DNA of 64,000 bases. It comes from the human T2T-CHM13v2.0 reference genome, Homo sapiens. Below, piece after piece: positions 27,255-44,581 of the stretch; positions within the stretch are counted from its first letter, which is position 1; each line of letters opens with the position of its first letter. Location: assembly GCF_009914755.1 (NCBI RefSeq), contig NC_060934.1; one strand, written 5' to 3'. The notes under the pieces are model-generated. The model saw only the letters and a list, made by a program, of their open reading frames with translations. It was not told the DNA's origin and searched no databases. The position numbers and the translations under genes were made by a program.

Positions 27255-28019
27255 GTGCTAGGCTGTTTTTCTGTTCCTATAAAAAAATATGGGAGGCTGG
27301 GTAATTCATAAAGAAAAGAGGTTTAATTGGCTGAGTTCTGCAGGCTTTACAGGGAACGTGGTGCTGGCATCTGCTCAGCTTTTGAGGAGGCCTCAGGAGG
27401 CTTCCAGACATGGCAGAAGGCATAGCAGGAGCAGGCTTCTCACATGGAGAGGGTGGGAGCAAGAGAGCAAGTGAGGGGAGGTGCCACACACTTTCAAACA
27501 ACAGATCTCCTAAGAACCCACTCTATCAGGAGGACAGCATCAAGTTATGATGAATCTGTCCCCATGACCCAAACACCTCCCACCAGGCCCCACCTCCAAC
27601 ATTGGGGATTACATCTCAACATGAGTACGTTAGTCCAATTTCACATTGCTGTAAAGAAACTACCTGAGACTGGGTAATTTAGAAAGGAAGGTTTAATTGA
27701 CTCACAGTTATGCATGGCTGGAGAGGCCTCAGGAAACTTAGAATCATAACAGAGGGTGAAGGAGAAGCAAGGCACATCTTACATGGCAGGAGGAGAGACA
27801 GAGAGCAAAGGGGAAATGCCAGACCCTTATCAAACAACCAGATCTTGTGAGAACTCTCTATCACAAGAACAGCATGGGGGAATGGCCCCCATGATCCAGT
27901 CACCTCCCACCAAGTCCCTCCATCCACACATGGGGGTCGAAATTCAAGATGAGATTTGGGTGGGGACATAGAGCCAAACCATATCAATGAGATTTGGAGC
28001 ATACATTCAAATTATATCA
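27255..28019 (-). mobile_element. MST-type MaLR solo LTR with a THE1-type LTR nested at 27626-27986
   Basis: Two MaLR bodies (ctgggtaatt..aagaggtttaattg); inner one flanked by atgag at 27621-27625 and 27987-27991. Confidence 0.85.
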
Positions 28020-29022
28020 CAGGTTTAATAAATACCACGAAATGCAATCCGAAAAATGCAGAGTGTCAAAATACTACAAGATAAATAATCTGGTTTCTTC
28101 AATCAAAACAAAATAAACCAAAAGAGTGCAAGTGAAAAAAGATGTAGGTGACACACGTAGGTGATATACTCAAAGATATCAAAGGAAACAAGACATATTT
28201 TCATCTAATTTTAATGTATAGTCCTTATTTGGATCCCAGTTAAAATAACTATAAAATAAAGAAGATGATAATAATTTACAAGACAATAGGGAAACCTTGA
28301 AAACTGACTGGATATTTAATTTTATACATTAGGAAGTTATTGCTAATTTGTCCTAAGGTCATATGGTGTCAGGGTCTGTTTGTGTTTTAAGTCATTAATA
28401 TTTAGAGAGGCATACAGAAATATTTGTAGAGGAAACTATGTCTCCATTTTCCAAAACATAATTGAGGACATGTAAATTATATCTCAATTAAGGCAATAAC
28501 AAGGAATATGAGGGAAGTGTGTGGAGGTGTAAATGAAGTGAAATTGGCCATGTATTGATTACTAATAAGCTGATTAAATGGTAAACCAGGTTCATTAAAC
28601 TATTAAAATTTTATCTACCTTAGTAAATGTTTGAAAATTCTATAATACGGAAAAAAACTCTAGTAGCATAATAAAACTAAATACTTACTGATGTATTCCA
28701 AACTGCTGAGTTTACAGCAAATACTAGATAAATATGTAATAATCCATTTTGATAACAACTGTCATAAGATAATCAATGAAAATAACTCATGTGGTTTATC
28801 AAAAACACCTTATTGTTCCATTAAAGTTACTGATTAGAACAAAAATGATCATGATGTTTCAAAGAATAAGTTCCAATTTAACTGGCTAAAAATATTTGCA
28901 TATATAATCATTATTTTCAAATGTGGGATTGCCATCAAAATGTGGATGATCAGAATTTATTAAATAGATTATATTATGTTGTGCTTAATGATAGAAGAAC
29001 TCCTTAATTTATTTTCCCCAAA

Positions 29023-29145
29023 TTAAGATAAGCAACTAAGTCTGAGATCTTTAGCCCAGGAAGGAGTAGGTAAGGTGTAGCCTGCTTTCTCGGCTGCCGA
29101 ATGCTTCTGGAAAGGATGCTGAAGAACTTGCTGGAGAAGATGCAC
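29023..29145 (-). pseudogene. SelO-like terminal coding exon VHLLQQVLQHPFQKHSAAEKAGYTLPTPSWAKDLRLSCLS*
   Basis: tactag| acceptor, 41 codons ending TAA; LxxPF...PxWA...SCSS-like tail with TGC (Cys), not TGA (Sec); minus-strand AATAAA at 29008-29013 and 28956-28961. Confidence 0.92.
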
Positions 29146-31411
29146 CTAGTAAACAATGCGAGCAGGTAAATGTAGATTAGAATTACTCAGGACCCTGATG
29201 AATTTCTCCATTTCTAAATGGCAAGGTCAATTTAAAATGTTTAAAAATGTTTATACTTTGGGAGGCCGAGGCAGGCAGATCACTGGAGGTCAGGAGTTGG
29301 AGACCAGCCTGGCCAACATGGTGAAACCCCGTCTCAACAAAAATTACACAAATTTGCCAGACGTTGTGGCACACATCTGTACTCCCAGCTACTCGGGAAG
29401 CTGAAGCAGGAGAAACGCTTGAACCTGGGAGGCAGTGGTTTCAGTGAGCCGGGATTGTGCCACTGCACTCCAGCCTGGGTGACAGAGCTAGACTCCTTCT
29501 CAAAGAAAACAACAACAACATCAACAAAAAAAAAGTTTATACATTTTATGCTTTATGGAAAACCTCAACTCTAGTTGTTACTTGGAGTTTCTATTATTCC
29601 ACAGAAAGTTCCTTAAGAGTACTTTCTAACTTTTTGTACTAAACTAAGTGAATGAAAATGTATATTTTAATCTTAATATCCCTGTACAGCATTTAGGCAA
29701 TTGTAATTTTCTAAAATATTTACAGAAATAAAAGGATGTCAATGATTTAGTCTTTCCAAATGAAGGCCATGAATTCCAGCTCATGCTGCTTCTTACTGGG
29801 AATTTGGCCCCATGGTAATAAACTGAGGCACTGAAAAACACACCTCTTTCCACAATCAATCTGATATCAAAATGTATATTTTCAGTGCTTTTGCTATTTC
29901 TTGGGTATTACGAAGGAAATGCTTAGCTATCATAGAAAAGGTGGGTGATTATTTATACTAAGAAATTAAAGGTGGGAGTTCAAGTAGAACATATTATTGT
30001 GTCACTAGTATTTTAAATATGAAGATTGCATCATCATAAATACAGGGCTTTGGAGCCAATCTTAGCACTTCTCCCTGGGTACTTTCTATACACTTCTTTT
30101 TTTAAAAGTTGGCTGTATACCTATTGGTCTCACCTACCTACTAGTTTAAGAGCCCCTCTAATTAATCAGCAACTTGCATTGAATGGATTCTCAAGAAATG
30201 TTTGAGGAAAGAAGATAAATACCAGTTCCATGTGTAAAGGATTGCATGTAGAAAGGTTTGACAAAATGTTGTTCTTCTCCTGCATGAGAAGTTGACATTT
30301 AGTTACCTTTCTGGTTCTGTTTCCCTGGTATCCTGATAAGGCGGTAGGTCAACTCTATCACCATACAGCATTGCCCACAAAGGACAAGTAACTTCTGGAC
30401 TGGAAGAACTGCAAATACCTGATAGGATGCGTTGGGCCTTCCTAAGCATGGTGACTCCTACCATGAGGCAGGTCTCTTGTGAGGATCTGGAAATTATGCC
30501 TATGGAGTTCTTACAAGAGACACTGCTTTCTGCAGAGCCTGAAGCTTCTAAGACAGGGCTGCCCTGCACGGTCACAGTGGGACTCTCAGATCCTTGCACC
30601 TGAGTGAAGCTGCCGTGCCTTACCGCTGGTGTGGACTGCTCCAAGTTCCCCTGCACACGGAGAACCTGGTGCTGCCCTGTCGGGAAGCTTTGTTCCTGTG
30701 CTCTGTCTCTCTCAGCTGGCTGGGGCCAGGTGTGTGGCCTGTGATAGTCGTTTGAATCTGAATGTTTACTGGACCCTAAGAAAACACCTCCACCCACCCT
30801 GCCCCAGAGGCGCTGCCTCATTACTCATATATAATTTTGAGGAAGGGATGGAAAGAAGCGGGGGGATAAAAGATATAGAAGAAAGGAGGCACAGGCCAAC
30901 AAAACAGCTTACTGAACACCGTGTAGTTTCCCCTGTGGAGACAAATTTATCTAATGATAAATGTTGAGGGATCTCCCTTCTCTTTGTTTCTCCTTCATAT
31001 CATAAAAAGATTCTATTTAAAAATATTATGTTTTCTGAAATGAAAACCTAGAATTGTCAGGCTAATTAAACTACTGAGATAAAAAGCTAATACAAGCTCC
31101 AAATTAGAAAGAGCAAAATGGTTTCTCTCTCATGCCAACTCTGATCAGTGGCTGATGATGTCAGGGCATGCTGTGATGAGAATGGTTCTGAGGCTATGAC
31201 CGGTTTGAGACAGAAAGAGGGTCATGACTATCAATAAAGTACCCTCCGGGCATGGGACAGGAGAGTGGCAGCATGAGAGCCAGGGCCATTCCTGTTGTAA
31301 AAAATACATAACGTGCAATGCATTTTTAAACAGCTAATGATGAAATATTTGAGGCAGAAAACATATACAGAATAACATTATGGACACCTGTGTATCCTCC
31401 ATTCAACTTCA

Positions 31412-31777
<366 letters not shown>

Positions 31778-32318
31778 CTATGATTATGCCACTGCCCTCC
31801 ACTCTGGGTGACAGAGTGAGACCCCATGTCTAAAAATTTTCATTTTAATTGTGAGAGTCATTGATGCTAATACATGTAGCTCTAGTTTATTCGTCTTCAT
31901 TGCTGTCAGGATTAAAGTGGACCCAGGTTGGTAGTACCATGGATCCATGCCCGAAAGGAGCAAATGCTACTGCCCTCTGGAGACATATACCCTCAAATTC
32001 CATTTCACTAGATTTCAAACAGAGACTAAAATCCACAATTCCAAAACACAAACAATAAACAGCAGAATCAGACCCTTGAAGGGTTAAATAATGTATATGT
32101 GTGTGTTTTAAAATAAGTATTTAAAAATGTTTATAAAGCATAAATAGAAAATATGAGAAAATAATTCAACTGATAAACCAAAGAGAGACCAAGCAGGGAG
32201 AAATCTAGGAAGCTGGTGTTGGCAATGGTATAATTTAGCATGTCTGCAAACAAGTGTCTTCAAAATATAATAGATTTTTAATTAATAAAAATGAACTGAG
32301 AGAAGTCAACCATCTTAG

Positions 32319-32398
32319 GTCTGAGAAATCATTCCTTTCTGCTTTCTGCACTGCAGATTCTGCCATCCAGTTCCTCAGCACATACCTAGGGTTAACAG
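32319..32398 (-). pseudogene. SelO-like exon (T)VNPRYVLRNWMAESAVQKAERNDFSD
   Basis: tttaag| acceptor; hallmark NPxYVLRNWxA; donor reads GAC|ctaaga (GT lost). Confidence 0.93.
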
Positions 32399-33351
32399 CT
32401 TAAACAAGGGGCGGGAGAGAGCACATCTGGAAACAGCAAATTAATAAACTACAAACAACAACTATAAATGAAGTCAACACAGGCCATATGAAATCACCAC
32501 TATATTTGAAAACCTTTAAGAAGTTTGCTGGAAGGGTCAAAAGAGAACACGTTATCACTATCAGTCCATTTTAATTATTTATAAACAATGTACAGCATTT
32601 ATTAACTTTTGGTGCAGAAAAAACCTTTTGTGAGCATTTTCATGAATGTTATGTTTTATTTTTCTTTTCTTTCATCACTAATTTGTTTTTTCTTTCATCA
32701 TTTTCAGTTCAGTAAGCATTTTATAAAGCCAATGTAGTTAATTCATCTGAATTGGGCCCTGCAGCCTAAGTGGAGAGGAGGAAACAAAACAAAACAGTTG
32801 CTGCTTTTAAGGCACAGAATTAAGGTCTGACGCAGTAGAACTGCTTAATGCTGATGCTGCCTGAGAGCAAACAGGAAAGGTCTCATGCAATTAAAAACCT
32901 TTATAAATTTGTATTTTTGACAATAACCATATATTTTTTCCTATTAAAAATCTTATAAAAACGACATATTTTAAAAAATTCCAGGAATTACATCTTCATT
33001 TGAGATGAGCCTTTTGCAAGATGATTTATCAACTGGTCAGGGAGGGGAGATGCTGTCCTGAATGGTACAACAGAAATTCTGAGAGGACTGCGGACCCCAG
33101 TTACATGACTCTCATCTGAAGTTCCCATTACTTGAATGGACTACATATTCCATCTCACCTTGGTATTGAAGGTCTGCCGCCATGATACGTAATCTAAAAA
33201 TGAAGTGCCCTGTGATGCAGTAATTCTACTTCTCCTGGAACATAGTCTAAGGAAACAAATGTAAACATTAAAAAGCATTATTTAAATTAAGGTAAAACTA
33301 GAAACAACTGGATACTTAATAAGTAAAACATATACTTTCAAATAAATATTA

Positions 33352-33807
<456 letters not shown>

Positions 33808-33931
33808 TCACGCGATTCTGGTCCCTTAGCCTCCTGAGTAGCTAGGATTACAGATGTGCACCACCACGCCGGGCTAATTTTTGTATTTTTCACAGAGATG
33901 GGGTTTCACCATGTTGGCCAGGCTGGTCTCA

Positions 33932-34354
<423 letters not shown>

Positions 34355-34629
34355 CTAAAAGTATACCATAGTATAATTATTATCCTACTACATTTTCCCC
34401 TAATCAATAGACACAGAAAATAGAGGTTTAAGTCTACTCAAAAGTGAATCAAAAAGTGAATAGTCATTGTGTTTGGGTGATGGGAATAAGAGGGATCTTT
34501 TAAAATTCTTTCCATGTTTGCATATTTCAAGTTAAAAAAATTCATACAGGCCAGGGGCAGTGGCTCATGCCTGTAATCCCAGCACTTTGGGAGGCCGAGG
34601 CAGGCGGATAACCTGAGGTCGAGAGTTCA

Positions 34630-34980
<351 letters not shown>

Positions 34981-35311
34981 TCATCCAGTTAAAAATTGTG
35001 GCAAATTTGACAAACACTATATAAAAACTTGGCAATAAAATACTGTTGAAATACATTAGGAATTGCAGGTGTAAGTCTAAGCACTTTGAATCAAATTGTA
35101 AAAATATAAACTACTTGGAAATCAGCACATTCTAGGTCTGTATATAAGATTCTTTGAGGCATTATCTAATTCTGTACATTTTTATCCAGTTCGAAATTTT
35201 CTGTTTGTATGTCTTTTGGCAATAAAATTTTAAGCAGTGGTTAAGGAAGACTATGTCCAAACAAAAGTTCAACCAAAGTTCCACATAATATGTTAATCAC
35301 TGATGCACTAG

Positions 35312-35485
<174 letters not shown>

Positions 35486-36345
35486 TGACCAGCTAATTTT
35501 TTTGTATTTTTAGTAGAGATGGAATTTCGGCATGTTGGCCAGGCTGGTCTCAAACTCCTGGCCTCATGTGATCCGCCTGCCTCGGCTTCCCAAAGTGCTG
35601 AAATTACAGGCATGAGCCACCTTGCCCAGTTGATCATAGGCTTTTTTTTTTTTTTTTGAGACTGAGTCTCTCTCTCTCTTGCCCAGGCTAGAGTGCAGTG
35701 GCGTAATCTTGGCTCACTGCAACCTCCGCCTTCTGGGTTCAAGTGATTCTTCTGCCTCGGCCTCCTAAGTAGCTGGGACTACAGGTGCGCGCTACCATGC
35801 TCAGCTAATTTTTGTATTTTCAGTAGATGCGGGGTTTCGCCATGTTGGTAAGGCTGGTCTCCAGCTGCTGACCTCAGGTGTCCTCCCGCCTTGGCCTCCC
35901 AAAGTGCTGGGATTACAGGCATGAGCCACTACACCTGGCCTGATCACAGGCTTTTTAATGGTGGGAATCAAATTCATCTTTGTGGCTTTAGCTTTAACAA
36001 TTTGACTATGCAAAGATACACATAATAGGGACTTGGTATGTGTTTGCTAAATAACTCAATTTAGTGCTGGGAAAAGAATTACAGCCAACCTAATTTTATT
36101 GCAGATACAGATATTTCAGGGCTTAAAAAATTCTCCTTTGCAATATGAACCCAATCACACAATGCTAGAGCTACCTAGGGTAACATACTTAAATACATGG
36201 AAATATTTCATTTTGGGACATCAGCTGTTTTCTCATAGGAGCCTGATGATCTTATTCTTTCCAAAGAAACTATAGAAATGTAGGCCAGGCACAGTGGCTC
36301 ATGCCTGTAATCCCAGCACTTTGGGAGGCCAAGGCGGGCAGATCA

Positions 36346-36612
<267 letters not shown>

Positions 36613-36892
36613 CTATCAATCTTTATAGTTACAGAGCTAAACACCATACAAAACATCATCTTCTTGAAATACAAAATCAACAATGCCTGTCCCGAGTATC
36701 ATAGTAAATCAAATGCATTACTTCTTCTTCTTCTTTTTTTTTTGAGATGAAGTTTCACTCTTGTGGCCCAGGCTGGGTACAATGACGTGATCTCGGCTCA
36801 CTGAAACCTCCACCTCCCGGGTTCAAGCAATTCTCCTGCCTCAGCCTCCCAAGTAGCCGGGATTACAGACACCTGCCACCAAGCCCAGCTAA

Positions 36893-37085
<193 letters not shown>

Positions 37086-37671
37086 TAGTAGAGATGGGGT
37101 TTCACCATGTTGACCAGGCTGGTCTCAAACTCCTGACCTCAGCTGATCCGCCTGCCTCAGCCTCCCAAACTGCTGGGATTACAGGCGTGAGCCACCATGC
37201 CCGGCCGTGATGCATTTCTTAAATGTAGTTTTAACTATTCTGGGATGGGCACTGTGTAGCATGAAAAAGAAATGACCAATGCCTACTGGTGGTTTATGAT
37301 CTTCCTTAGAGTTATTTGGAGGTGTAAGAATAATAAATATTGAGCATTTAAAAAATATTTCTAAGACCTGTAAAACACTCATCTTTGATGTTCCCATTGC
37401 TTGCAACTAGAGCATTTCTAAAAATTTTTAATAGCAAATCTTCCCCAATCTACTCCTGAGTTTTTAAAACATGTTTTGGAACTATGTAAAACATATATAT
37501 AGTTTTATGTAAATAAATATAAATATGGTATATATATGTATGTTGTATGTATATAAATATATATATATATTTTAATCTTCTGGTTTCTAAAAAACATATC
37601 CATCCCAGTGTTTGCAATATGACAAGGATATTTAATGCACTCCATAATAATACAATAGCTGGTATTTATAG

Positions 37672-37831
<160 letters not shown>

Positions 37832-39135
37832 TAGCTGGGATTACAGGCGCGCACCACCACGCCCAGCTAATTTTTGTATTTTTAGTAGAGACAGGGTTTC
37901 ACCACGTTGGTCAGGCTTGTCTCAAACTCCTGACCTGGTGATCCACTCCCCTCGGCCTCCCAAAGTGCTGGAATTACAGGCGCGAGCCAGCCAACCACTA
38001 TCTTATTGAGTCTGTGCAACAACCCATTATACATATGCACTGTATAGTATTAATGAGGGCATAAAAGTTAGGACAGGTTAAGTGGATAAAAATGTTTTAA
38101 AATTGGACTTCTGTGATTGCACAATTTCTTTAGTAAAAAAAAATTATATACTTGAATGAACTTTATGGTATGTAAATTATATGTCAATAAAGCTGTTAAA
38201 AATTACACACCAGAGAGAAAGAAAGAAGTGGGGCATCAAGTGACAGGCTTACTGTCATCTAGGAAATGTTTGGTCAACCAGAACTCAGGCATAGCTGGTC
38301 TAACTCTGGACCAGCACAGCCAGCTGGTTACTCCAGAGAAAGGAGCTACATGGAAATAAAAAGATTCCATGAGGGAAACGAGGATCAGACTTTACTCAGC
38401 TGTCTCCTGCTTAGATGTTTATTTCTTCATGTCTGTATAATTCTTTAACTCCACATCCCGGCTATACATTGTTACATAAACATGTGCAATCAATATTTTA
38501 TATATTTCCATTTACAGATCAATTAAATATATAAGAATATATGGAAGTGTACGTTTAAAAAGTAAATGAACTATCATTATAAACTCTTATTATACCATTG
38601 TTCTTCATGGAAATTGATTTCTTCCCTTCTTTGAGAGCACATAGTTTAGCATTTACTATTTCTCTAAAATCACAGAAGCAAAGCTGCAGCCATGAACCCA
38701 CTTCATTTCTTTCATTTTGCCATTTCATCCAATCTATCCTAACCAAGTAAATCCAAATACTAAGGACTGCCACCACATGGCATTTAAAAATATTTTAGAC
38801 TTCTTTCTCTCAACTGCTGGGACTATTCACATTCTGAGCTGGCCTGGAAGTTCTGTATGATTGCCCAAACGGACATAAATGGCTGGCAAGGAAATGAACG
38901 CCAAAGAGCTCACCCACTTCACTGTAAGAACTAAACTTGCTTTTATGTCTACAATAATGTCCCGAGTTCAAGAAGCAATTTCATTCCCTAACCTAATGTG
39001 GAATGTTAGTGTCATCCTTCTTTCATGGACAGAAACCAGCCACCCCGATACACACACATACTCTCTATACAAGTCCTAAGGCAGAAGCACTCAAAGGCTC
39101 AGATCCTTCTGCCTTAACTTCTTTGATCTTGCTAG

Positions 39136-39330
<195 letters not shown>

Positions 39331-39872
39331 TGACACGACTCCCAACTAATTTTTAAATTTTTTATAGAGAGAGGCATCCCCCTATGTTGCCCAGGCTAGT
39401 CTTGAACCCCTGCGCTCAAGCAATCCTCCCGCCTCAGGCTCCAAATTGCTGGGATTATAGGCATGAGCCACCACGCCCAGCCCTGTTTTTTCCCTTCTCC
39501 AAGCCAAGTGTGAAGTCAACACAGTAAACTGAAAATTAAGGCTAGGTATAGTGGCTCACACTCGCAATCCCAACATTTTGGAGATGGAAGTAGAAGAACG
39601 GCTTGAGCTTAGGAATTCGAGGCCAGCCTGGGCAACATAGTGAGACCTCATCTCTACTAAAAGTACAAAAAATTTAGCCAGGCATAGTGGCACATGCCTG
39701 TAGTCCCAGCTACTCAAGAGGCTGAGATGAGAGGATCACTTGGGCCTGGGAGGTCAAGGCCCTCCCAGTGAAGTGATTTCACCACTGCACTCCAACCTGG
39801 AAAACAGAGTGAAACTCTCTCAAAAAACAAAAAAAAAAAAAAAAAAAAAGGAAAAGAAAATCAATACATAGA

Positions 39873-39968
39873 AGTGATTGATTTTTACAGCTTTAATTTA
39901 CTGTATGAGTATTACGGCCCAGTGATTGATTTCTACAGCTCTAATTTACTGTATGAGCATTATGGCCC
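39873..39968 (+). repeat. 48-bp two-copy tandem duplication
   Basis: agtgattgattt(t/c)tacagct(t/c)taatttactgtatgag(t/c)atta(c/t)ggccc x2. Confidence 0.95.
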
Positions 39969-40119
39969 AGGCTATAACAAGATGCTTTGTACATACATTG
40001 CTCACATTATAAGATCCTTGCAAGGCCGGGCGCAGTGGCTCATGCCTGTAATCCCAGCAATTTGGGAGGCCGAGGCGGGCAGATCACCTGAGGTCAGCAG
40101 TTTGAGACCAGCCTAGTCA

Positions 40120-40395
<276 letters not shown>

Positions 40396-40787
40396 TCAGA
40401 TCATACAGCTAAAAACTGGCAGAGGTGAGATTTTCCGCCAGATTCCAAAACCCATGTTCTTTCCACCATATGCCACACCACCTTCCTTCTCGGTCCACCA
40501 TCTTTTAAGTTAATAGTATTTTAACATTACTATGCAAATTTACTGAAAGCAGAGTAGTCATACTCCAAGCTTAAAGCCATTGGCTAAAATTAGAAAGTTT
40601 AACTCAACTAAAATATACCCACCTAGAAAATCCTAGTTAAGGCCGGGCGCGGTGGCGGGTGCCTGTAGTCACGGCTACTCCAGAGGCTGAAGCAGGAGAA
40701 TGCCGTGAACACGGGAGGCGGAGCTTGCAGTGAGCCAAGAACACGTCACTGCACTCCAGCCTGGGCGACAGAGCAAGACTCCGTCTC

Positions 40788-40947
40788 AAGAAAGAAAGAG
40801 AGAGAGAGAGAGAAAGAAGGGAAGGAGGGAGGGAGGAAGGGAAGGAAGGAAGGAGGGAGGGAGGGAGGGAGGGAGGGAGGGAAGGAAGGAAGGAAGGAAG
40901 GAAGGAAGGAAGGAAGGAAGGAAGGAAGGAAGGAAGGAAGGAAGGAA
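40788..40947 (+). repeat. Polypurine microsatellite (GA)n/(GGGA)n/(GGAA)n derived from an Alu tail
   Basis: Directly follows an Alu right arm; aaaatcctagtt repeated at ~40627 and ~40946. Confidence 0.92.
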
Positions 40948-41068
40948 AATCCTAGTTTAAAACAAAGCAACTCAGCCTCAAAACCATAAGTCATCGCTTT
41001 TGGTTTTCAAAAACCATTGCTTTTATGTGATAATCCTTAAAGTTGAGAACATCAAAAGGATTACTTAC

Positions 41069-41112
41069 TTGTCATTCTTTTTCTTCCTTCAGAATCTGAG
41101 TCATTCATGTTA
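41069..41112 (-). pseudogene. SelO-like exon NMNDSDSEGRKRMT
   Basis: gttag| acceptor, CAA|gtaagt donor, 44 nt; RxxxM motif that precedes NP in SelO; phase-compatible with the next exon. Confidence 0.8.
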
Positions 41113-43747
41113 CTAACACTGAATAAAACAAAAGACAAAATTAACTACTTGTCTCCTCAAACTATATCTTTTCTTCAAATAGGAGGGAATTCTTTCACAA
41201 GACAAATAATGAGAAAAACACATTAAAAAATCACATTGGTTTGAAAGGAAGACAGAAAATACTGTTTGACTAAACAATGTATAAAATACCACTGTGTTTA
41301 GTTTTTTAGGCAATACCAAACCTTCTTTTTTATTAACCAAAAAACATCTTGGCCCAGTGTGGTGGCTCTCGCCTGTAATCCCAGCACGTTGGGAGGCCAA
41401 GGTGGCTGGATCTCTTGAGCCCAGGATTTGAGACCAGCCTGGGTAATGTGGCAAAACCCTGTTTCTACAAAACAAAATTCAAAACTAAGCCAGGCGTGGT
41501 GGCATGCACCCGTAGTCCCAGCTACTCAGGAGGCTGAAGTGGGAGGATCCCTTGAGCCTAGGAGGTGGAGGTTGCAGTGACCTGCTACACTCCAGTCTGG
41601 GCAACAGAGCCAGACCTTGCCTCAAAAGAAAAAAAAAAATCTTGGCTGGGCACATGGCTCATGCCTGTAATCTCAGTACTTTGGAGGCAAAGCGGGGAGG
41701 ATCGCTGGATCCCAGGAGTTTGAGGCCAGGCTGGGCAGCATAGCAAGACCTCATCTCTACAAAAAATTTTTAAAAAAATTAGGCAGCCATGGAGGTGCAC
41801 ACCTGTTTTCTTTCCCTCTGTAGCACTTATCTCCTAATACTCGATATAACTTATTTGTTTTGTTAACTTGTCTCTCCTACCAGAAGTAAGCATCATGCAG
41901 AATCAATTATTTTTCCTGTTTTTTTTTTTTCTTCACTGTGCCCTTAGCACTTAGAACAGTGTCTGGCACACACTGAGCACCTAAGTACTCAATAAATATT
42001 TGTTGAATGAATTAACTCTGCAGGGAGAAGCAGGTACAAAAGTGATGGAGACAAGGGTAGGAGCAAGATGGCTTAATGAATATCATTTTATATCACTTTG
42101 ATTTTGAACTATGTGACTGTAGTACCAATATATTTTTAAATTAAGAAAATCACAGATGGAATGTAAAATTTTTATCTGTACTGAAACAATATTTTTGCTA
42201 CCAGGGTTAATCAAATCACTCTATGCCTTGACTTCCATCCGGAATCTTGTTGTACTGCTGTACTGAAAACAGGCTCAATTTTAGATTGGAGGAGTTGGAG
42301 GAGAGGAAAGGTAGGAAGAGAAATATATTTTGTCTTCTAGCAAATACATTAGAGACACAGAAATGATTAAAATGTGGTCCCTGGCCTCCAGGAGCTCAAT
42401 GTCTAGTAGTAGAATCAATCAATATTTAACATTTGATATAATGCTAATGTACTCAGAATATCATTCACACTTATTCATATGCATACCTATGATATTTCAA
42501 TTTGAGCAATTATAAACATTGCAAATTTTTCTATTTATTATTTATTGCTGCATAATAAAGGCCACCATGTTCCTTTTTCTCTTCAGTCCAAATTCAGAAT
42601 AAGAGACCATGCAGTAGATAGACAGAGATTAAAATATCATCTTACTACTGATAAAAGCTAGCCTGGAGAATATGGCTCAGGCGGAAGATAAAGAGGCACG
42701 GTGATATGTTACATGCAAATGAATATCAATCATCTGTTGGAGTAAAATAAAAACTGCACTAACAGTTATGCAAAGATTCAGAGAATATATCAGAATATAT
42801 CACCTATCTACCCTGTTTGGGCAAAACACTTAAGAAAGTAATCAAGACAGAGACTTGAAGATGGAACCATGAGAAAAGGACGGTAGTAAGCAGAGAAATG
42901 ACTCCAAGTGGGAGATGGGGGAGTGTCAAATACAAAGACACTTTAAACAGAACAGATACACTTCAAGGGAAAACCAAATAATCTAAAATTCAAAATATTA
43001 AACTATCTTAGCAAAATCTAGCAGCTACGTAACTAGATACAAAACAAAAACATTCTAAAGGTCTCATCTTATTGGGATGAAGGGGAAAGCAATGGACAGA
43101 TAGAATCTTAGGAAAAATATCTAAAAACTGGTTTTCCCATAAAAGTGACAAAAAAAGAAGATAACTGAATGGAATTGCAGAAGTGTTTTTCAGTCAAGTT
43201 TCCAAATCAACACGGGGTGGGGTGTCAGGGAGAAGAATGAATTTCAAATCAGAAAAAGATAAGAAAGTCTGGGGGAGGCCAACAGTAAAATAAAGATGAA
43301 GCACAATGTCAGATAGAAGGAATAAATCACATATATCAGTTGTTATAATAAATGTGATCAGCCTACGTACTTCTGTTAAGAGAGAAACTATCACATTGAA
43401 TCAAAATCTGACTATACATTGTTTTTACAGGAAGAACACTTTAAAACAAATAAAGATAGGTAGATAAAGGTAAAAGATAACGTGAGATTCAAGGTAAACT
43501 CAACCAAAAGAAAGCATGAATGGCAATATTAATGTCAGGTGAATTGAAATCAACAGTTATAAGTATATATCAAAATAAATGGAATCATTGTTAAGATAAA
43601 AGCTATTTTTTGAAGAAAATATAAGTAGAAAATCTGTATGTACCAATAATACATAGCAAAATATGTAAATTTCAAACAATTAGAAAAAAACTTGGATATA
43701 AATATAATTAAAGTAGGAGCTTTTAATACACATCTCTTAAGAATCTA

Positions 43748-44083
<336 letters not shown>

Positions 44084-44581
44084 TCATAAATGACTTGAAT
44101 AATGTAATCAGTACACTCAATTTGATATATTAAAACTTCTCACTACACAATACATGTTTTTACATATAATCACCAAACACATCCAAAAATGTTTTATGTT
44201 GGGCCACAAAGACACCTTAACACATTTTGAATAGCAGAGTTTTATCAAACGTACTCTTCAGTCATAAAAACACAGACAAAATAATTCCAACTACTTAGAA
44301 ATTAAGAAATACAGTGATTAAAAAAAGAAATACAGTGATAAATAACTCTTGGATTCAACAGGAAATAAACAGATTTCACAGCATCTAAAAAGCAGTAAGC
44401 AAGAAAAAAACTATACCCCAGTAGCCATGGACAAAAAAGCCCAAACTGAACTAGAAAAAATATACAGCACTAAATAATAAGAGAGTATTTTAGGTGTTAG
44501 TTTCTTAGTTTTCAAGAAAAATAATCATTATACAAATATGTTTTCACACAGATTTTATCAGTAGATTAAGGATTTACTCAC

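Noticed and set aside
38555-38776. FREIVNAKLCAL as the missing SelO 'F..KLGL' exon
   Set aside because: Similarity is weak, it is out of collinear order (downstream of the 41069-41112 exon), and no convincing donor was found.
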